DNA of 64,000 bases from the NCBI GenBank assembly GCA_019338205.1, contig GCA_019338205.1_4761.1. One strand, written 5' to 3'. The position numbers and the translations under genes were made by a program. The notes under the pieces are model-generated. The model was not told the DNA's origin, made no database searches, and worked only from the letters and a program-made list of their open reading frames with translations. Below are positions 9,283 through 19,689 of this stretch, in pieces; the first letter of the stretch is position 1; each line of letters starts with the position of its first letter. This DNA is from a phage.

Positions 9283-9303
9283 TTCTTGAGTGAGGAATAT
9301 ATT

Positions 9304-9591
9304 ATGTTAGTACACAATGCAATCGCACACATGGTTTATTCTCGATTTGGGCGCATGGAAGAAATCAATATTACCGACGCAGATTTAGATCTGATGCAAG
9401 TCGAAGGCCAGACATATCTGAAAAATAACGGCGTGAATATCGGTAAAGCGCGTGTGCGTGAATTGTTAGTTGAATATATTCTCTCTGAATTTGGCATTAG
9501 TGCTTTCGGTGTGAAAGAGATTGCACCTAAGCGCGAAATTTCTGATAAAATGATCAAGAAATGCCAGAAAGCACGACGTAAGGGTTTCTAA
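9304..9591 (+). CDS. hypothetical protein
   Basis: ATG 9304 after GAGGAATATATT; track ORF 9286..9591 trimmed. Confidence 0.55.
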   Translation: MLVHNAIAHMVYSRFGRMEEINITDADLDLMQVEGQTYLKNNGVNIGKARVRELLVEYILSEFGISAFGVKEIAPKREISDKMIKKCQKARRKGF

Positions 9592-11060
9592 TGAAGATTG
9601 AAACATTAATTGCATTGCCAGCGGCGGGGAAAACTGATGCTATACTTTCCCACGTCCTAGAGACAAAAGAAAAAGCGGTTATTGCTTCGCCATCTCGTGT
9701 TTTAAGTGAACAATCTTACAATAAGTTTAAAAGAATGGGCGGTCGTGCTGTCTTGATTGATAGCACAAGACTAAGAAGCCTTAAGACAGTGCAAGCGTCG
9801 ATAATGCAATCAGTTAAAGACGGTGCTGATGTGATATTCATTACACATACAGCGTTATCTAATATGGAACGTTCAAAAATGTTTGGTGAATATGCTCTTT
9901 ACATTGATGAAGTTCCTCAACTGGTTGAATTTAATGAGTATCCGTTTAAGTCTAATCTTGAACTTATCACGAAGCATTGCGAACCAATCGCCGACGAATC
10001 GGAATGCCTACAGAACTTAGTTCTAAAAGACTCTGAGAAGGCCGTTATCAAAGAAAAGATAGAAAGTGCAAAGGATGGTACTGATATGATCGATTCTTCT
10101 CTTAGAGGGCTTTATGAGGCGTTATTAGAGAAGAAAATCAACGTTATGGTAAAACATAACGAAGGACACCGGAAGAATGGGTCGAAAATTGTTTTCTTGA
10201 ACGATAACAAACACGGTACGTGGGGAGACTTTAAAAAGGTTACGATAGCATGTGCAAATCTCTTTGATACATATAGCGGGAAGTATCTACGATACTATGC
10301 AAATTGCGATTTTGTTCCGAGTGCGCTAGAATCCAGACTATATTTCAAAGAGTATAAAAATACAGATAGAGTTAATATCATCCTTATGACGGACTCTGAA
10401 CGATGGTCGCGTCACCAGTCAGAAACAAACAATACCTTTGAACGTCTTGTTGATATGGTTAAAAATGAATGTGGCGATGACTTCATTTATACCGTGAATC
10501 GGGACCGAGAAGCGTGTACAAATGGTATTGGTGAGCGGATACCTTACGGATCTTATGGTCTTAACTCTTACATTCATCATAAAAATGTTGCTGTGATGTT
10601 CAGCTTTAACCCGCAACGATGGGAGATTGATATTTTAAAAGGTCTTGCTAATAGTTGTGATCTCCCGACAAACGAGTTTTTGAAAGCGCGTCATGTGTCT
10701 GATTATCTGGAACCAGCATTTCAATTATGTTTGCGTTGTAACCTGAGAGACAACGAGAGCAAGGAGAATGTTAATCTATATGTTCCTGATTTGGCGTTGG
10801 TAGATTATCTAAAAACGTTTCTACCTGATGCCAATGTAATAACAGACCGAATGATTCCGCTAGAATGTGGTGAGCGTAAAGGGCGAAAATCATTTAAAAA
10901 GATGTTCGATTTTAACGAGCAAGAGAATGCAAGATTTAACGGATTTAAGTACCGCATGAAGAAAAAGGGAAAAACTCTTGATCCGTCTGACGGTGAATCT
11001 GTAGAGATGGTTAGAGTGTGGATAACTAAGCAAAGAAAGTATAATGGTAATGGGGAATAG
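9591..11060 (+). CDS. P-loop NTPase of unknown function (helicase/ATPase-like)
   Basis: 489 aa; Walker A-like ALPAAGKT at residues 9-16 and Walker B-like ALYIDEVPQ about 100 aa later. Confidence 0.7.
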   Translation: MKIETLIALPAAGKTDAILSHVLETKEKAVIASPSRVLSEQSYNKFKRMGGRAVLIDSTRLRSLKTVQASIMQSVKDGADVIFITHTALSNMERSKMFGEYALYIDEVPQLVEFNEYPFKSNLELITKHCEPIADESECLQNLVLKDSEKAVIKEKIESAKDGTDMIDSSLRGLYEALLEKKINVMVKHNEGHRKNGSKIVFLNDNKHGTWGDFKKVTIACANLFDTYSGKYLRYYANCDFVPSALESRLYFKEYKNTDRVNIILMTDSERWSRHQSETNNTFERLVDMVKNECGDDFIYTVNRDREACTNGIGERIPYGSYGLNSYIHHKNVAVMFSFNPQRWEIDILKGLANSCDLPTNEFLKARHVSDYLEPAFQLCLRCNLRDNESKENVNLYVPDLALVDYLKTFLPDANVITDRMIPLECGERKGRKSFKKMFDFNEQENARFNGFKYRMKKKGKTLDPSDGESVEMVRVWITKQRKYNGNGE

Positions 11061-11100
11061 CCCGAAAGGGTTATTTCCTAAATAATAGCGAGGGTGCGAA

Positions 11101-11634
11101 GTGTCTGATTATGTAAACAATAAAGAGCTTTACGAAGAAATTTGCCGTTGGAAACAACAAATTGCAGCAGAAGGTCGGCAAGTTCCAATGAGCGATCAAA
11201 TCGGCCTAGCAATTATGCAAATCTCTAAAAATCTATCACGTCGTTTTAACTTTTCTGGTTATAGTCAAACATGGCGCGAAGAAATGATCGACGACGGAAT
11301 CGAAGCGGCGGTCAAGGGTTTGATTAATTTTGACGAGACAAAGTATAAAAATCCTCATGCTTACATCACGCAAGCGTGCTTTAATGCTTTTGTACAGCGC
11401 ATTAAAAAAGAGAGAACAGCGACAGCCGCAAAATACAAATATTTTGTGCATCATGTATATGACGAACGCGACGCTGATATGTGCCAGATTGCTGATGAGG
11501 CATTCATACAGGACATTTACGATAAAATCAACAACTACGAGGAATCGGTCAATAAACCGAAAGCGCCAAAGGTTGAAGATGTATTGACCGAGGAATTGCC
11601 TAGCCTGGACCAATTTTATGAGATTGAAAATTAA
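11101..11634 (+). CDS. 55: late-transcription sigma factor gp55
   Basis: GTG start; [44 protein letters not shown] match remembered T4 gp55. Confidence 0.92.
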   Translation: MSDYVNNKELYEEICRWKQQIAAEGRQVPMSDQIGLAIMQISKNLSRRFNFSGYSQTWREEMIDDGIEAAVKGLINFDETKYKNPHAYITQACFNAFVQRIKKERTATAAKYKYFVHHVYDERDADMCQIADEAFIQDIYDKINNYEESVNKPKAPKVEDVLTEELPSLDQFYEIEN

Positions 11635-11851
11635 CATTTCCCGTTTGCTGGAAGAAGCAGAGTTTGAAACTGACCTTGTGCCGTATTTCGCCAAATTATT
11701 TTTGAGAGATTGCGGCGTTCCGGTGATTATCGATCCGTGCAATATCAAATCACCGGATCTTGAGGTCTTTACGGGTACAATCTCACATAGCTATAATGTA
11801 TCAGAAGATGAATTTTCTTTAATAATTGATTATATCCCAGAAGGAAAATAA
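11618..11851 (+). CDS. hypothetical protein
   Basis: 77-aa ORF overlapping the gp55 3' end. Confidence 0.45.
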   Translation: MRLKINISRLLEEAEFETDLVPYFAKLFLRDCGVPVIIDPCNIKSPDLEVFTGTISHSYNVSEDEFSLIIDYIPEGK

Positions 11852-11852
11852 C

Positions 11853-12140
11853 ATGACTTACGATGAACAGCATGACCAGATTGCAGTGAATGAAGTAGAC
11901 AAAGTACAAGCAGAACTAGAGGCTAAAGCCGCTAAGAAAGCGGAAAAGATCTTGCGTAAGAACTCGCGAGAGATTGCACGCCTTAAGCGGTGGGCTGAAC
12001 AAGCTATCATCGATGATAACCGTGATGCGTATATCTACGCTATCGGAAAGTTACGTGATATCTATAAACAGCCACACACGCCAGAACTGCTTTCTGCTAT
12101 GTGGATTAGTACACGGCAAACGGTATTAAGTATGCTGTAA
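11853..12140 (+). CDS. hypothetical protein
   Basis: ATG 11853 after AAGGAAAATAAC; track ORF 11826..12140 trimmed. Confidence 0.5.
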   Translation: MTYDEQHDQIAVNEVDKVQAELEAKAAKKAEKILRKNSREIARLKRWAEQAIIDDNRDAYIYAIGKLRDIYKQPHTPELLSAMWISTRQTVLSML

Positions 12141-12149
12141 TGGCTTTAT

Positions 12150-12187
12150 AAGGGAGACTCCGAAAGGGGTTTCCCTTTTTATTTTTC
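12150..12187 (+). terminator. possible terminator hairpin
   Basis: imperfect GC stem (AAGGGA...TCCCTT) followed by TTTTTATTTTTC. Confidence 0.4.
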
Positions 12188-12230
12188 TATGATATAGTGA
12201 GAGCATCGAAAACGAAGAGAGGAAGAGACT

Positions 12231-13256
12231 ATGAAAATTTTGCTTTTAGGTGATCTGCATACTGGCATCGGTGGCGATGATCCGTGGGTGCATGAATATA
12301 TTTTAGACACGATCAAGAAAGCGGTTGATTATTCTAAAGAAAACGGTATTAAGATATGGATTCAAACAGGGGATTGGTTTGATTGTCGCAAGGCTATCAC
12401 ACATGAAACCATGAAATTTAACCGTACTAAGGTCATCCCATTACTGGAAGAGGCAGGAATCACCTGTTATATCACGGTCGGGAATCATGATATGTTTAAG
12501 CGCAATAAGATCCAGCCTAACTCGCCGCGTGAAGTGTTAAGCCAGTATGATTGCATTAAGGTTATTGATAAGCCGGAAACAGTTACCTTTGATGGGGTAT
12601 CATTCGACCTGTTCCCGTGGTTTTGTGATGACAATAAATCCGAGGTTTTAGAGTTTATTCAAAATTCATTCAGCGAATATTGTGTAGGCCATTGGGAGTT
12701 GTCCGGCTACTATTTCTATAAAGGGTTAAAATCCGAAGGTTATAGCGCGGACTTCCTCAAGAAATACCGTGAAGTGTTTTCCGGTCACTTTCATACTATC
12801 AGTGATGGCGGTAACGTAACGTATATAGGTACACCATACACACTAACGGCGGGTGACGAAAACGATCCGCGTGGTTTTTGGGTATTCGATACAGATACAC
12901 ACAAAAAGGAGTTTATCCAGAATGACAAAACTTATCATGTGCGTATCACTTACCCGTCAGATGATAAAATCGATGTAGAACGCTTTAAAGGGCTTAGTGT
13001 GCGCCTAATTGCAACGGTCGCTGATAATGGGTTAACTAAGTTAGAAAGCGCGTTAGAGGCCGTTGTACACAAGCTAAAAGTGGTCCATAAGCTGGAGAGT
13101 AGCGCATCACAGGAAACAGGTGTTATTGAAGTTAAAAGCACTATTCAGATGGTCTATGAATATCTGGAAGAACAAAACCTAGAACCGGAAGAACTTGCGG
13201 CAGTTAAGCGTATCTCTGATGAACTTTTAGCCGAAGTAAATAGCGCAAAAAGTTAG
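12231..13256 (+). CDS. 47: recombination nuclease subunit gp47 (Mre11/SbcD-like)
   Basis: MKILLLGDLH, VGNHDM, GHFH phosphoesterase motifs; 341 aa; matches remembered T4 gp47. Confidence 0.92.
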   Translation: MKILLLGDLHTGIGGDDPWVHEYILDTIKKAVDYSKENGIKIWIQTGDWFDCRKAITHETMKFNRTKVIPLLEEAGITCYITVGNHDMFKRNKIQPNSPREVLSQYDCIKVIDKPETVTFDGVSFDLFPWFCDDNKSEVLEFIQNSFSEYCVGHWELSGYYFYKGLKSEGYSADFLKKYREVFSGHFHTISDGGNVTYIGTPYTLTAGDENDPRGFWVFDTDTHKKEFIQNDKTYHVRITYPSDDKIDVERFKGLSVRLIATVADNGLTKLESALEAVVHKLKVVHKLESSASQETGVIEVKSTIQMVYEYLEEQNLEPEELAAVKRISDELLAEVNSAKS

Positions 13257-13285
13257 TTGACGCGGGGAGAAATCCCCGTTATACT
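13257..13285 (+). promoter_or_regulatory. PeSL-like early promoter
   Basis: TTGACG 13257-13262, palindrome CGGGGA-GAAA-TCCCCG in the spacer, TATACT about 13280-13285. Confidence 0.55.
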
Positions 13286-13310
13286 CTCTAAAAATTGATG
13301 GGAGGTTATT

Positions 13311-13562
13311 ATGATTACTGACACACTGAAAGAATTTAACGCAAGTTTAGAGAAGTTTACTAAGATCCGAGTTTTTGAGGTTGTTCGGAATGGTCAACAT
13401 ATGCTATCCTTCCGTTCTAATTACGGGATGTGGACACATGATGAAATTCCTTTCGACCGAGACAATATCACTAGACTGGAACTAGCAACCATCGTATCCC
13501 GTAAGGTTGCTGATATTACCCAGAATGTTATTGCTCGTGGGTCTATGGAGTCTGTACGATGA
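13311..13562 (+). CDS. hypothetical protein
   Basis: 83-aa ORF with GGGAGG RBS. Confidence 0.6.
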   Translation: MITDTLKEFNASLEKFTKIRVFEVVRNGQHMLSFRSNYGMWTHDEIPFDRDNITRLELATIVSRKVADITQNVIARGSMESVR

Positions 13563-13876
13563 AAACACTTGCACAAAAAGTAATGGAATTTAATGCAGCG
13601 TTGCCTATGTTTGCTCGCCGTAAGGGGATCTCCGTTGATGTATGGTATTCCAAAGAGCATGAAGAAGTTCGGATGATGCTCGAAAAGCGACTCACTGACA
13701 CTACCGTTAAGTGTAAGTTTCGCTCTATTCCTCGCGATGAAATAGAATTTGATGAAAGCTATTACTTTACGCTGCGTCATGTGCTGAAACAAGCAATGGA
13801 TGAACTTTTAGAAGACCTGAAACAATATGAGATTGAAGGGGGAACATATTATGAATACGACTATGGTCGCGGCTGA
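13559..13876 (+). CDS. hypothetical protein
   Basis: 105-aa ORF, start overlaps the upstream stop (ATGA). Confidence 0.6.
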   Translation: MKTLAQKVMEFNAALPMFARRKGISVDVWYSKEHEEVRMMLEKRLTDTTVKCKFRSIPRDEIEFDESYYFTLRHVLKQAMDELLEDLKQYEIEGGTYYEYDYGRG

Positions 13877-14423
13877 TCCAGATAAATTGGTAATGCAACA
13901 TTTTATTACGCTGTTGCATAACTACACGATAAAACAATCACATTACAAGAATCCGATTTATGGTTATCTGAAAGCGAATATTTCATCTACGTGGGGTCAG
14001 CCAGTGGTTAAGCTGTATTATGATGATGGTTATCATCGTTATCTTAAAGTGATACATCCACAAGAATTGATGATCAATATGGATATGGGCGTATTTGTAA
14101 AAGACAAAGTAGAATCCATTATTAAGAGTGTGGTTGGTGAATATAATCCGATTGTATATGGTGCTTTCGTACAGTGGAAACAATCCAGCAAGTATTATTT
14201 TCCGAATACTCCATTGACGTTAACAGGTTGGATCTCTGTCATGCATAGTGGGGTATTCCTGGAAGCGTCAGAGACAATGTATAAAGGGTATATTCTCCCA
14301 CATCGACTGGTGAAGTGTGATTATCGCTTGACTGTAGGTGAATTTCGCGATATTCTGGAACAACAAGCGGAAGACCTGCAAGGTGAAATTGAAGAATTTT
14401 TAGAGGAACATAAACTAAAATGA
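13851..14423 (+). CDS. hypothetical protein
   Basis: track ORF 13827..14423 trimmed to ATG after GAAGGGGGAA. Confidence 0.55.
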   Translation: MNTTMVAADPDKLVMQHFITLLHNYTIKQSHYKNPIYGYLKANISSTWGQPVVKLYYDDGYHRYLKVIHPQELMINMDMGVFVKDKVESIIKSVVGEYNPIVYGAFVQWKQSSKYYFPNTPLTLTGWISVMHSGVFLEASETMYKGYILPHRLVKCDYRLTVGEFRDILEQQAEDLQGEIEEFLEEHKLK

Positions 14424-14683
14424 TTCTATCGATGACCTACCTTAGACACAGGGTTATAGAAGGTCTTCGCGAATATCTGGCATTGAATAAAGGGATTTAT
14501 GTTGATCCCTTTATGACATATGATCCTGCGACACTGGATTATGTGATCATGTTGCCAGATCGCAGAGACACATTAGTTAAAGTGAAGGCGGCAAGTGTTT
14601 ACAACATTGATGAAGATGTGTTAGCATTTAATATTATGGAATGTGTGATTGCGGAGTGGATTAATGGCAAAGTTAAATTTTAA
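14420..14683 (+). CDS. hypothetical protein
   Basis: 87-aa ORF with ATGA overlap. Confidence 0.55.
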   Translation: MILSMTYLRHRVIEGLREYLALNKGIYVDPFMTYDPATLDYVIMLPDRRDTLVKVKAASVYNIDEDVLAFNIMECVIAEWINGKVKF

Positions 14684-16346
14684 AACCTTGCGCTATCAAA
14701 ATATAATGAGCGTTGGTGCTGAACCTGTAGAGATTCAGCTAGACGGATTCAAAAAGACACTAATCACTGGCGTTAACGGTGCTGGTAAATCAACAATGAT
14801 CGAGGCGCTTTGCTTTGTGTTGTTCGGTAAACCGTTTCGTAGTATCAAGAAAGGCCAATTGATTAACAGCGTCAACAAAAAGAAACTGTTAGTCGAAGTC
14901 TGGTTTGAACTGGACGGGAAAGAGTTTTATATCAAACGTGGTCAAAAGCCGGAAGTATTCGAAGTGCATCGCGACGGTCAAAAGATCGACGAGAGCGCAA
15001 GCACCAAAGACTTTCAGGAATATTTTGAAGGTATCATAGGCATGAACCTAGCCAGCTTCAAACAGATCGTTGTTTTAGGCACTGCTGGTTATGTTCCGTT
15101 TATGAGTCTTCCGGCAGCGGGTCGCCGTAAACTGGTCGAGGATTTGCTTGATATTGCTACGCTAGGCGAAATGGATAAACTGAATAAAGCGTATGTGCGC
15201 GAGATTACCCAGAATATCCAAATGCAGGAAATGAAAGCTAATCACGTTCAGCAACAAATCAACACTCATAAAAAGTACATAGAAGACGCTAGCAAGGCGA
15301 GTGCCGAGAATCTCCAGCGTTTACAGAATATGTATGATAAAGAGGTGGAATCGGCTAAAGCATTTAAAGCCGAAGAAACTCGCTTGACCGATGAGCTATT
15401 GGCTGTTGTTATGCCGGAAGATCCTAGCGCGGCATTGGCTAAAATTAATACGGCTATCGCACAGATTGGTGCGCAGATCCAGAACTTTGACCGTGTTATT
15501 CATATGCATGAGAAAGGAGGGATCTGTCCTACGTGCACACAACCGATCATTCAGGGTAATGATCAAGCGGTGCGCGAGCAAAAAGCACAAGCAGAACATA
15601 AGCTGTCTCTGATTGACGAGAAGCGCGTAGAATACGCAGAGAAAGCCAATTCTTTCCAGACAGCACAAACTAAGGTCTTGGAAATTAAACGCGCTATAGA
15701 GTCACAGAGAGCTAATTTAACGGCATCTGTAGGTCGGGCTAAACAGATCCAGAAAGCAATTCAGGAATTACAAAAAGAAAGGGTTGACAATTCCGAAGAA
15801 CTTGCTAAACTGGAACACGAACTGGTAGAGATCACTAATGAAAAATCAAAACTAGTTCTTGAAAAATATCACCGTGGATTTGTAACAGAAATGTTGAAGG
15901 ATTCCGGTGTTAAGGCGTCTATCGTCAAGAAATATATTCCATATTTCAATGATCGGATTGCGTATTATCTTGATATCATGGAAGCGGATTATATCTTTAC
16001 GCTAGATGAAGAGTTTAACGAAACAATCAAATCACGGGGGCGTGAATCGTTTTCGTATACATCGTTCAGTCAAGGCGAAAAGGCACGTATTGACCTTGCG
16101 ATGCTCTTTACATGGCGTGATGTTGCTGGTAAAGTATCTGGTACTAATATTTCTTTGTTGGTACTCGACGAAATTTATGATGGGGCTACTGACGTTCAGG
16201 GCGTAAAAGCACTTGATTCCATCATTGACAAGTTAGATGATAACGTGTATATTATCAGCCATCGTGACCATAACCCTGATGATTTTAGCCGTCATCTCAA
16301 GATGGTTAAACGTGGGCGATTCACTGAAATGAATGTTAACATTTGA
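14664..16346 (+). CDS. 46: recombination endonuclease subunit gp46 (Rad50/SbcC-like ATPase)
   Basis: Walker A GVNGAGKST, coiled-coil middle, C-terminal LLVLDE signature; matches remembered T4 gp46; ATG 14664. Confidence 0.92.
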   Translation: MAKLNFKTLRYQNIMSVGAEPVEIQLDGFKKTLITGVNGAGKSTMIEALCFVLFGKPFRSIKKGQLINSVNKKKLLVEVWFELDGKEFYIKRGQKPEVFEVHRDGQKIDESASTKDFQEYFEGIIGMNLASFKQIVVLGTAGYVPFMSLPAAGRRKLVEDLLDIATLGEMDKLNKAYVREITQNIQMQEMKANHVQQQINTHKKYIEDASKASAENLQRLQNMYDKEVESAKAFKAEETRLTDELLAVVMPEDPSAALAKINTAIAQIGAQIQNFDRVIHMHEKGGICPTCTQPIIQGNDQAVREQKAQAEHKLSLIDEKRVEYAEKANSFQTAQTKVLEIKRAIESQRANLTASVGRAKQIQKAIQELQKERVDNSEELAKLEHELVEITNEKSKLVLEKYHRGFVTEMLKDSGVKASIVKKYIPYFNDRIAYYLDIMEADYIFTLDEEFNETIKSRGRESFSYTSFSQGEKARIDLAMLFTWRDVAGKVSGTNISLLVLDEIYDGATDVQGVKALDSIIDKLDDNVYIISHRDHNPDDFSRHLKMVKRGRFTEMNVNI

Positions 16347-16563
16347 CAGAGTAACGCAGCCGGAGTTAGAATTGTATACCTTAATCAATCTATATTCCGG
16401 TGAAGAATATGTAGTTAGTATGGGGGATATGAAAAACAGCATATACAGCGATGCAGACATAACAAAAATGTTGTCTTGTCGTCATCATGAGTTTATGCTG
16501 GTCCCCAACTTTGATAAACTCGATTACCCTGATGCTGGGGTTGCAACAAACTTTAGAACGTGA
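16333..16563 (+). CDS. hypothetical protein
   Basis: 76-aa ORF overlapping the gp46 end; start uncertain. Confidence 0.4.
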   Translation: MLTFDRVTQPELELYTLINLYSGEEYVVSMGDMKNSIYSDADITKMLSCRHHEFMLVPNFDKLDYPDAGVATNFRT

Positions 16564-16569
16564 TATACT
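16541..16569 (+). promoter_or_regulatory. sigma70-type early promoter
   Basis: TTGCAA 16541-16546, 17-nt spacer, TATACT 16564-16569. Confidence 0.5.
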
Positions 16570-16593
16570 GATTTTATTTTGGAGATTAATATT

Positions 16594-16971
16594 ATGACTA
16601 CTTCCGCAAACCTGGCTAAAATTACTGTAGCAGACATTCAGAACAAGAAAACCAGTCTCGAATTTGACCGAGCAATGAACAAGATCCGTAAAGCGTGGGT
16701 ACTACAAATGCCGGAAAGCGAGAAAGCTAAAATGAAGGTTATCCCACAGCAAGCACGCTTTGAACTGTACGCGCATATTGATGATATGGTGCAAAAAGAA
16801 TGGATCGCGGCAATGCGCAAGTATTACGATGATTCAATTGCTAAAGGTGCTAAAACTATTCGAGGTAAAGATATTCTCGAAAAAGGTTATCAGATTGACA
16901 CTGATGAACTGCTGATTGAAGCCGCTAGCGTAGTAGTAACTCGTCTGATCGCAATTGCTGATGGGAAGTGA
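16594..16971 (+). CDS. hypothetical protein at the position of T4 rpbA
   Basis: 125 aa between gp46 and gp45; identity rests on synteny only. Confidence 0.55.
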   Translation: MTTSANLAKITVADIQNKKTSLEFDRAMNKIRKAWVLQMPESEKAKMKVIPQQARFELYAHIDDMVQKEWIAAMRKYYDDSIAKGAKTIRGKDILEKGYQIDTDELLIEAASVVVTRLIAIADGK

Positions 16972-16975
16972 TAGA

Positions 16976-17353
16976 ATGAAACGTATGAGCTTAAAAGAAC
17001 AAATGCTATTCATCCTACAAAATAGTAAATTATGTCATATTCCGTTTGACTATATCAAAGATAATGATGTAATGAACTACCGTCACAGGATAGAGTGTAT
17101 TGAGTGGTATTTTGTCCTAGATAAATTTGTTGATGATGTGATTCGTCGTAAACTTGCGTTTGATGTTCGTGGTGATCTGGTATATCTCGACGGAAAAAAG
17201 ACCGCAAAGAATCCTGTTACTGTCTATGCTCTGCAACAATACTTGACAGCTTACATTGGATTGAAGTATACTCACTCATCCGATAAGGAAGCCGAGAAAA
17301 AATTTATCGAAAGAATGCTAAAGATTCAAAATGAGCACGAAGTAAACCCATAA
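16976..17353 (+). CDS. hypothetical protein
   Basis: track ORF 16955..17353 trimmed to ATG 16976. Confidence 0.55.
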   Translation: MKRMSLKEQMLFILQNSKLCHIPFDYIKDNDVMNYRHRIECIEWYFVLDKFVDDVIRRKLAFDVRGDLVYLDGKKTAKNPVTVYALQQYLTAYIGLKYTHSSDKEAEKKFIERMLKIQNEHEVNP

Positions 17354-17383
17354 TTAATTGATTAACATGATAAAGGTGATTTG

Positions 17384-18070
17384 ATGAAACTGACTAAAGA
17401 AACCATTGCTACCCTGAAAAACTTTTCCGCTATTAACCCAGGTATCATCCTGAAAAAAGGAAACGTCCTGATCACCAAAAACATGACAAACGTTGTATAT
17501 GGTGAAGCGACTCTGAATCAAGAACTGGAACACGAAATTGGGATCTATGATCTTAACTCTTTCTTGGGTATTCTGAATCTGGTAGGCGATGAAGCAGATA
17601 TTACGGTTGATGACCGCACCGGAAACATTCGTGTGTCTAATGATCGTCTGAAAATTAATTATCCTGGTGCTAGTGCTGCCGCCATCGTATCACCGAAAGG
17701 CCGAGTTACTCCACCTGCAAGCGATGTAGATTACGAACTGAGCAACGACGATCTGAAACAGCTTATGAAAATGAGCAATCAGCTTAAAGTGGATCGCCTT
17801 GAATTTCTTCCGATTGATGGTCGTCTGATGATCAAAGGCTGGGAAGAGATTGACAAAAATAATCCGAATGAGATGTTTTGTCTTGATATGGGCGAATATA
17901 CCGGAACCGCAGACTTCCATTTCTTTATTCGTAAAGATAACATGAAACTGGTTGCTACTGACTTCGGCGATTACAAACTTAGCTTCACTCGCCGTAAGGC
18001 TGTATGGCTGGCAAGTGAAACCGTATCTTATATGATCGCGTGTGACCTTGACTCCAGCTACACCGACTAA
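17384..18070 (+). CDS. 45: sliding clamp gp45
   Basis: MKLTKETIATLKNFSAINPGIILK...IYDLNSFLGIL closely matches remembered T4 gp45; 228 aa. Confidence 0.93.
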   Translation: MKLTKETIATLKNFSAINPGIILKKGNVLITKNMTNVVYGEATLNQELEHEIGIYDLNSFLGILNLVGDEADITVDDRTGNIRVSNDRLKINYPGASAAAIVSPKGRVTPPASDVDYELSNDDLKQLMKMSNQLKVDRLEFLPIDGRLMIKGWEEIDKNNPNEMFCLDMGEYTGTADFHFFIRKDNMKLVATDFGDYKLSFTRRKAVWLASETVSYMIACDLDSSYTD

Positions 18071-18082
18071 TATAATGATTGT

Positions 18083-18108
18083 GGGGAGTGTAAATACTCC
18101 CCGTTTTA
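18083..18108 (+). promoter_or_regulatory. PeSL-like stem-loop with T-run (possible terminator/promoter element)
   Basis: GGGGAGT-GTAAAT-ACTCCCC followed by GTTTTA; TATAAT at 18071-18076 just upstream. Confidence 0.4.
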
Positions 18109-18135
18109 ATGATGTAATTTGTGAGAGGTGATTAT

Positions 18136-19110
18136 ATGCTGAGTGTTAATGAAAATGAGTTTCAGTGGGAACAGAAATACCGTCCGAAATCAATTTCTGA
18201 ATGTATTCTGCCGGAAGCAGATAAAAAGATCTTCGCGCAGATTGTTAAGCAAGGCCGAATCCCTTCTATGATCCTGCATAGCCCATCGCCAGGTACTGGT
18301 AAAACAACCGTTGCTAAGGCGCTTTGCGAAGATGTGGGTGTTGATTATCTGTTTGTTAACGGCGCAGATTGTAAGATTGATTTTATCCGCGATGAGATTA
18401 CACGCTTTGCGCAGAGTGTATCACTCGATGAAGAAAAAAGAGAAAAAGGCAAAGTTGTTATTATCGATGAGTATGACCGAGCGGGGCTAGCTGATGCTCA
18501 AAGACACTTGCGTAGTTTCTCTGAGGCATACTCAAACAACGTGACATTCATTATCACAGCAAACGATCTAGAAGGTATTATCCCAGCGTTACGATCTCGA
18601 TTTGACCCCATCACGTTTGGATCTCCGACTAAAGATGATCAGCTTCGCATGATGAAAGAAATGATCGTCCGGTGTAAAGCAATTCTTGATAAAGAAGGTG
18701 TACCAGTAGAAGAAATGCGCGTATTAGCGGAATTGGTTAAGCAGAACTTCCCAGACTTCCGGCGCGTAATGAAACTTTTGGACCGCTACGCTAAACACGG
18801 TAAAATTGATGCTGGCGTATTGAGTATGGTTATCGAAAGTAGCAATACCGAAGTAACCGATGTGGTGGAAGCACTTAAAACTAAACAGTTTGCTAATGTG
18901 CGTAAACTTGCACCACGCTATACCAATACATACGCTCAATTTGTCAAGAAACTTTATAATGAGTTGTATACTCAAGTTAAGCCAGCTTCTATTATTCGTC
19001 TGACCGAGATTATCGGTGAAAATAATCAGATGTTTGCGCACGCGGCTGATAAAGAGATTCACATTGTCTTTTTGTTAATGCAATTAATGGTTGAATTGGA
19101 GTTCGTATAA
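18136..19110 (+). CDS. 44: clamp loader large subunit gp44 (AAA+)
   Basis: EQKYRP, Walker A SPSPGTGKTT, VVIIDEYD; matches remembered T4 gp44. Confidence 0.93.
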   Translation: MLSVNENEFQWEQKYRPKSISECILPEADKKIFAQIVKQGRIPSMILHSPSPGTGKTTVAKALCEDVGVDYLFVNGADCKIDFIRDEITRFAQSVSLDEEKREKGKVVIIDEYDRAGLADAQRHLRSFSEAYSNNVTFIITANDLEGIIPALRSRFDPITFGSPTKDDQLRMMKEMIVRCKAILDKEGVPVEEMRVLAELVKQNFPDFRRVMKLLDRYAKHGKIDAGVLSMVIESSNTEVTDVVEALKTKQFANVRKLAPRYTNTYAQFVKKLYNELYTQVKPASIIRLTEIIGENNQMFAHAADKEIHIVFLLMQLMVELEFV

Positions 19111-19688
19111 TGTTAGGTCAATTTTTCGGTGAAGATGATACACAATTAAACGAGCATGAAATTGCATGGCGCTCTCGTGATTGGGAAAAGGTGTCTGAAT
19201 TAGCGGATACATTCACCGAGAAAACCGACAATGCATTATTTGCTCTGATGGATCATATCACCTTAGATAAACAGCGCGTTAATGTTGGGAACAATTCTGC
19301 ATACAATCAGAGATGGATTAATACCGCTCTTTCCCAGCACGCAGATTGTCTATATAGCGCGTATGTGATGAATTTAATCGGTCATGGCCTCCCAGATCAA
19401 ATGCATTTTGATTATCTCTTACAGAGTATTTCTAAGGGGAAACGATACGGTAAATGGGCTAAAATAACAGAAGAATTGGACCAAAAATTGGTTTTAATGG
19501 CAGTGGCGAAAGCATATTGTGTAAATATGGATGACGCCCGGTTTTATCTCGATTTGGCTAATGAAAAGGGATATATGGACAAGTTATTGAAGCACATTAA
19601 ACCGTATGCGACCGATGAACTTTTGGCGGGTGTTACTAAGAATCAGACAGAAAGGAAACGACTTAAAAAGATTATAGAAAGGTGGTAA
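19110..19688 (+). CDS. 62: clamp loader small subunit gp62
   Basis: DDTQLNEHEIAWRSRDW and GKRYGKWAK match remembered T4 gp62; ATG overlaps the gp44 stop. Confidence 0.9.
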   Translation: MLGQFFGEDDTQLNEHEIAWRSRDWEKVSELADTFTEKTDNALFALMDHITLDKQRVNVGNNSAYNQRWINTALSQHADCLYSAYVMNLIGHGLPDQMHFDYLLQSISKGKRYGKWAKITEELDQKLVLMAVAKAYCVNMDDARFYLDLANEKGYMDKLLKHIKPYATDELLAGVTKNQTERKRLKKIIERW

Positions 19689-19689
19689 A

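Noticed and set aside
11236-11748. Minus-strand 170-aa ORF overlapping gp55
   Set aside because: Antisense to the strongly conserved gp55 coding sequence with no start context; likely a chance open frame.
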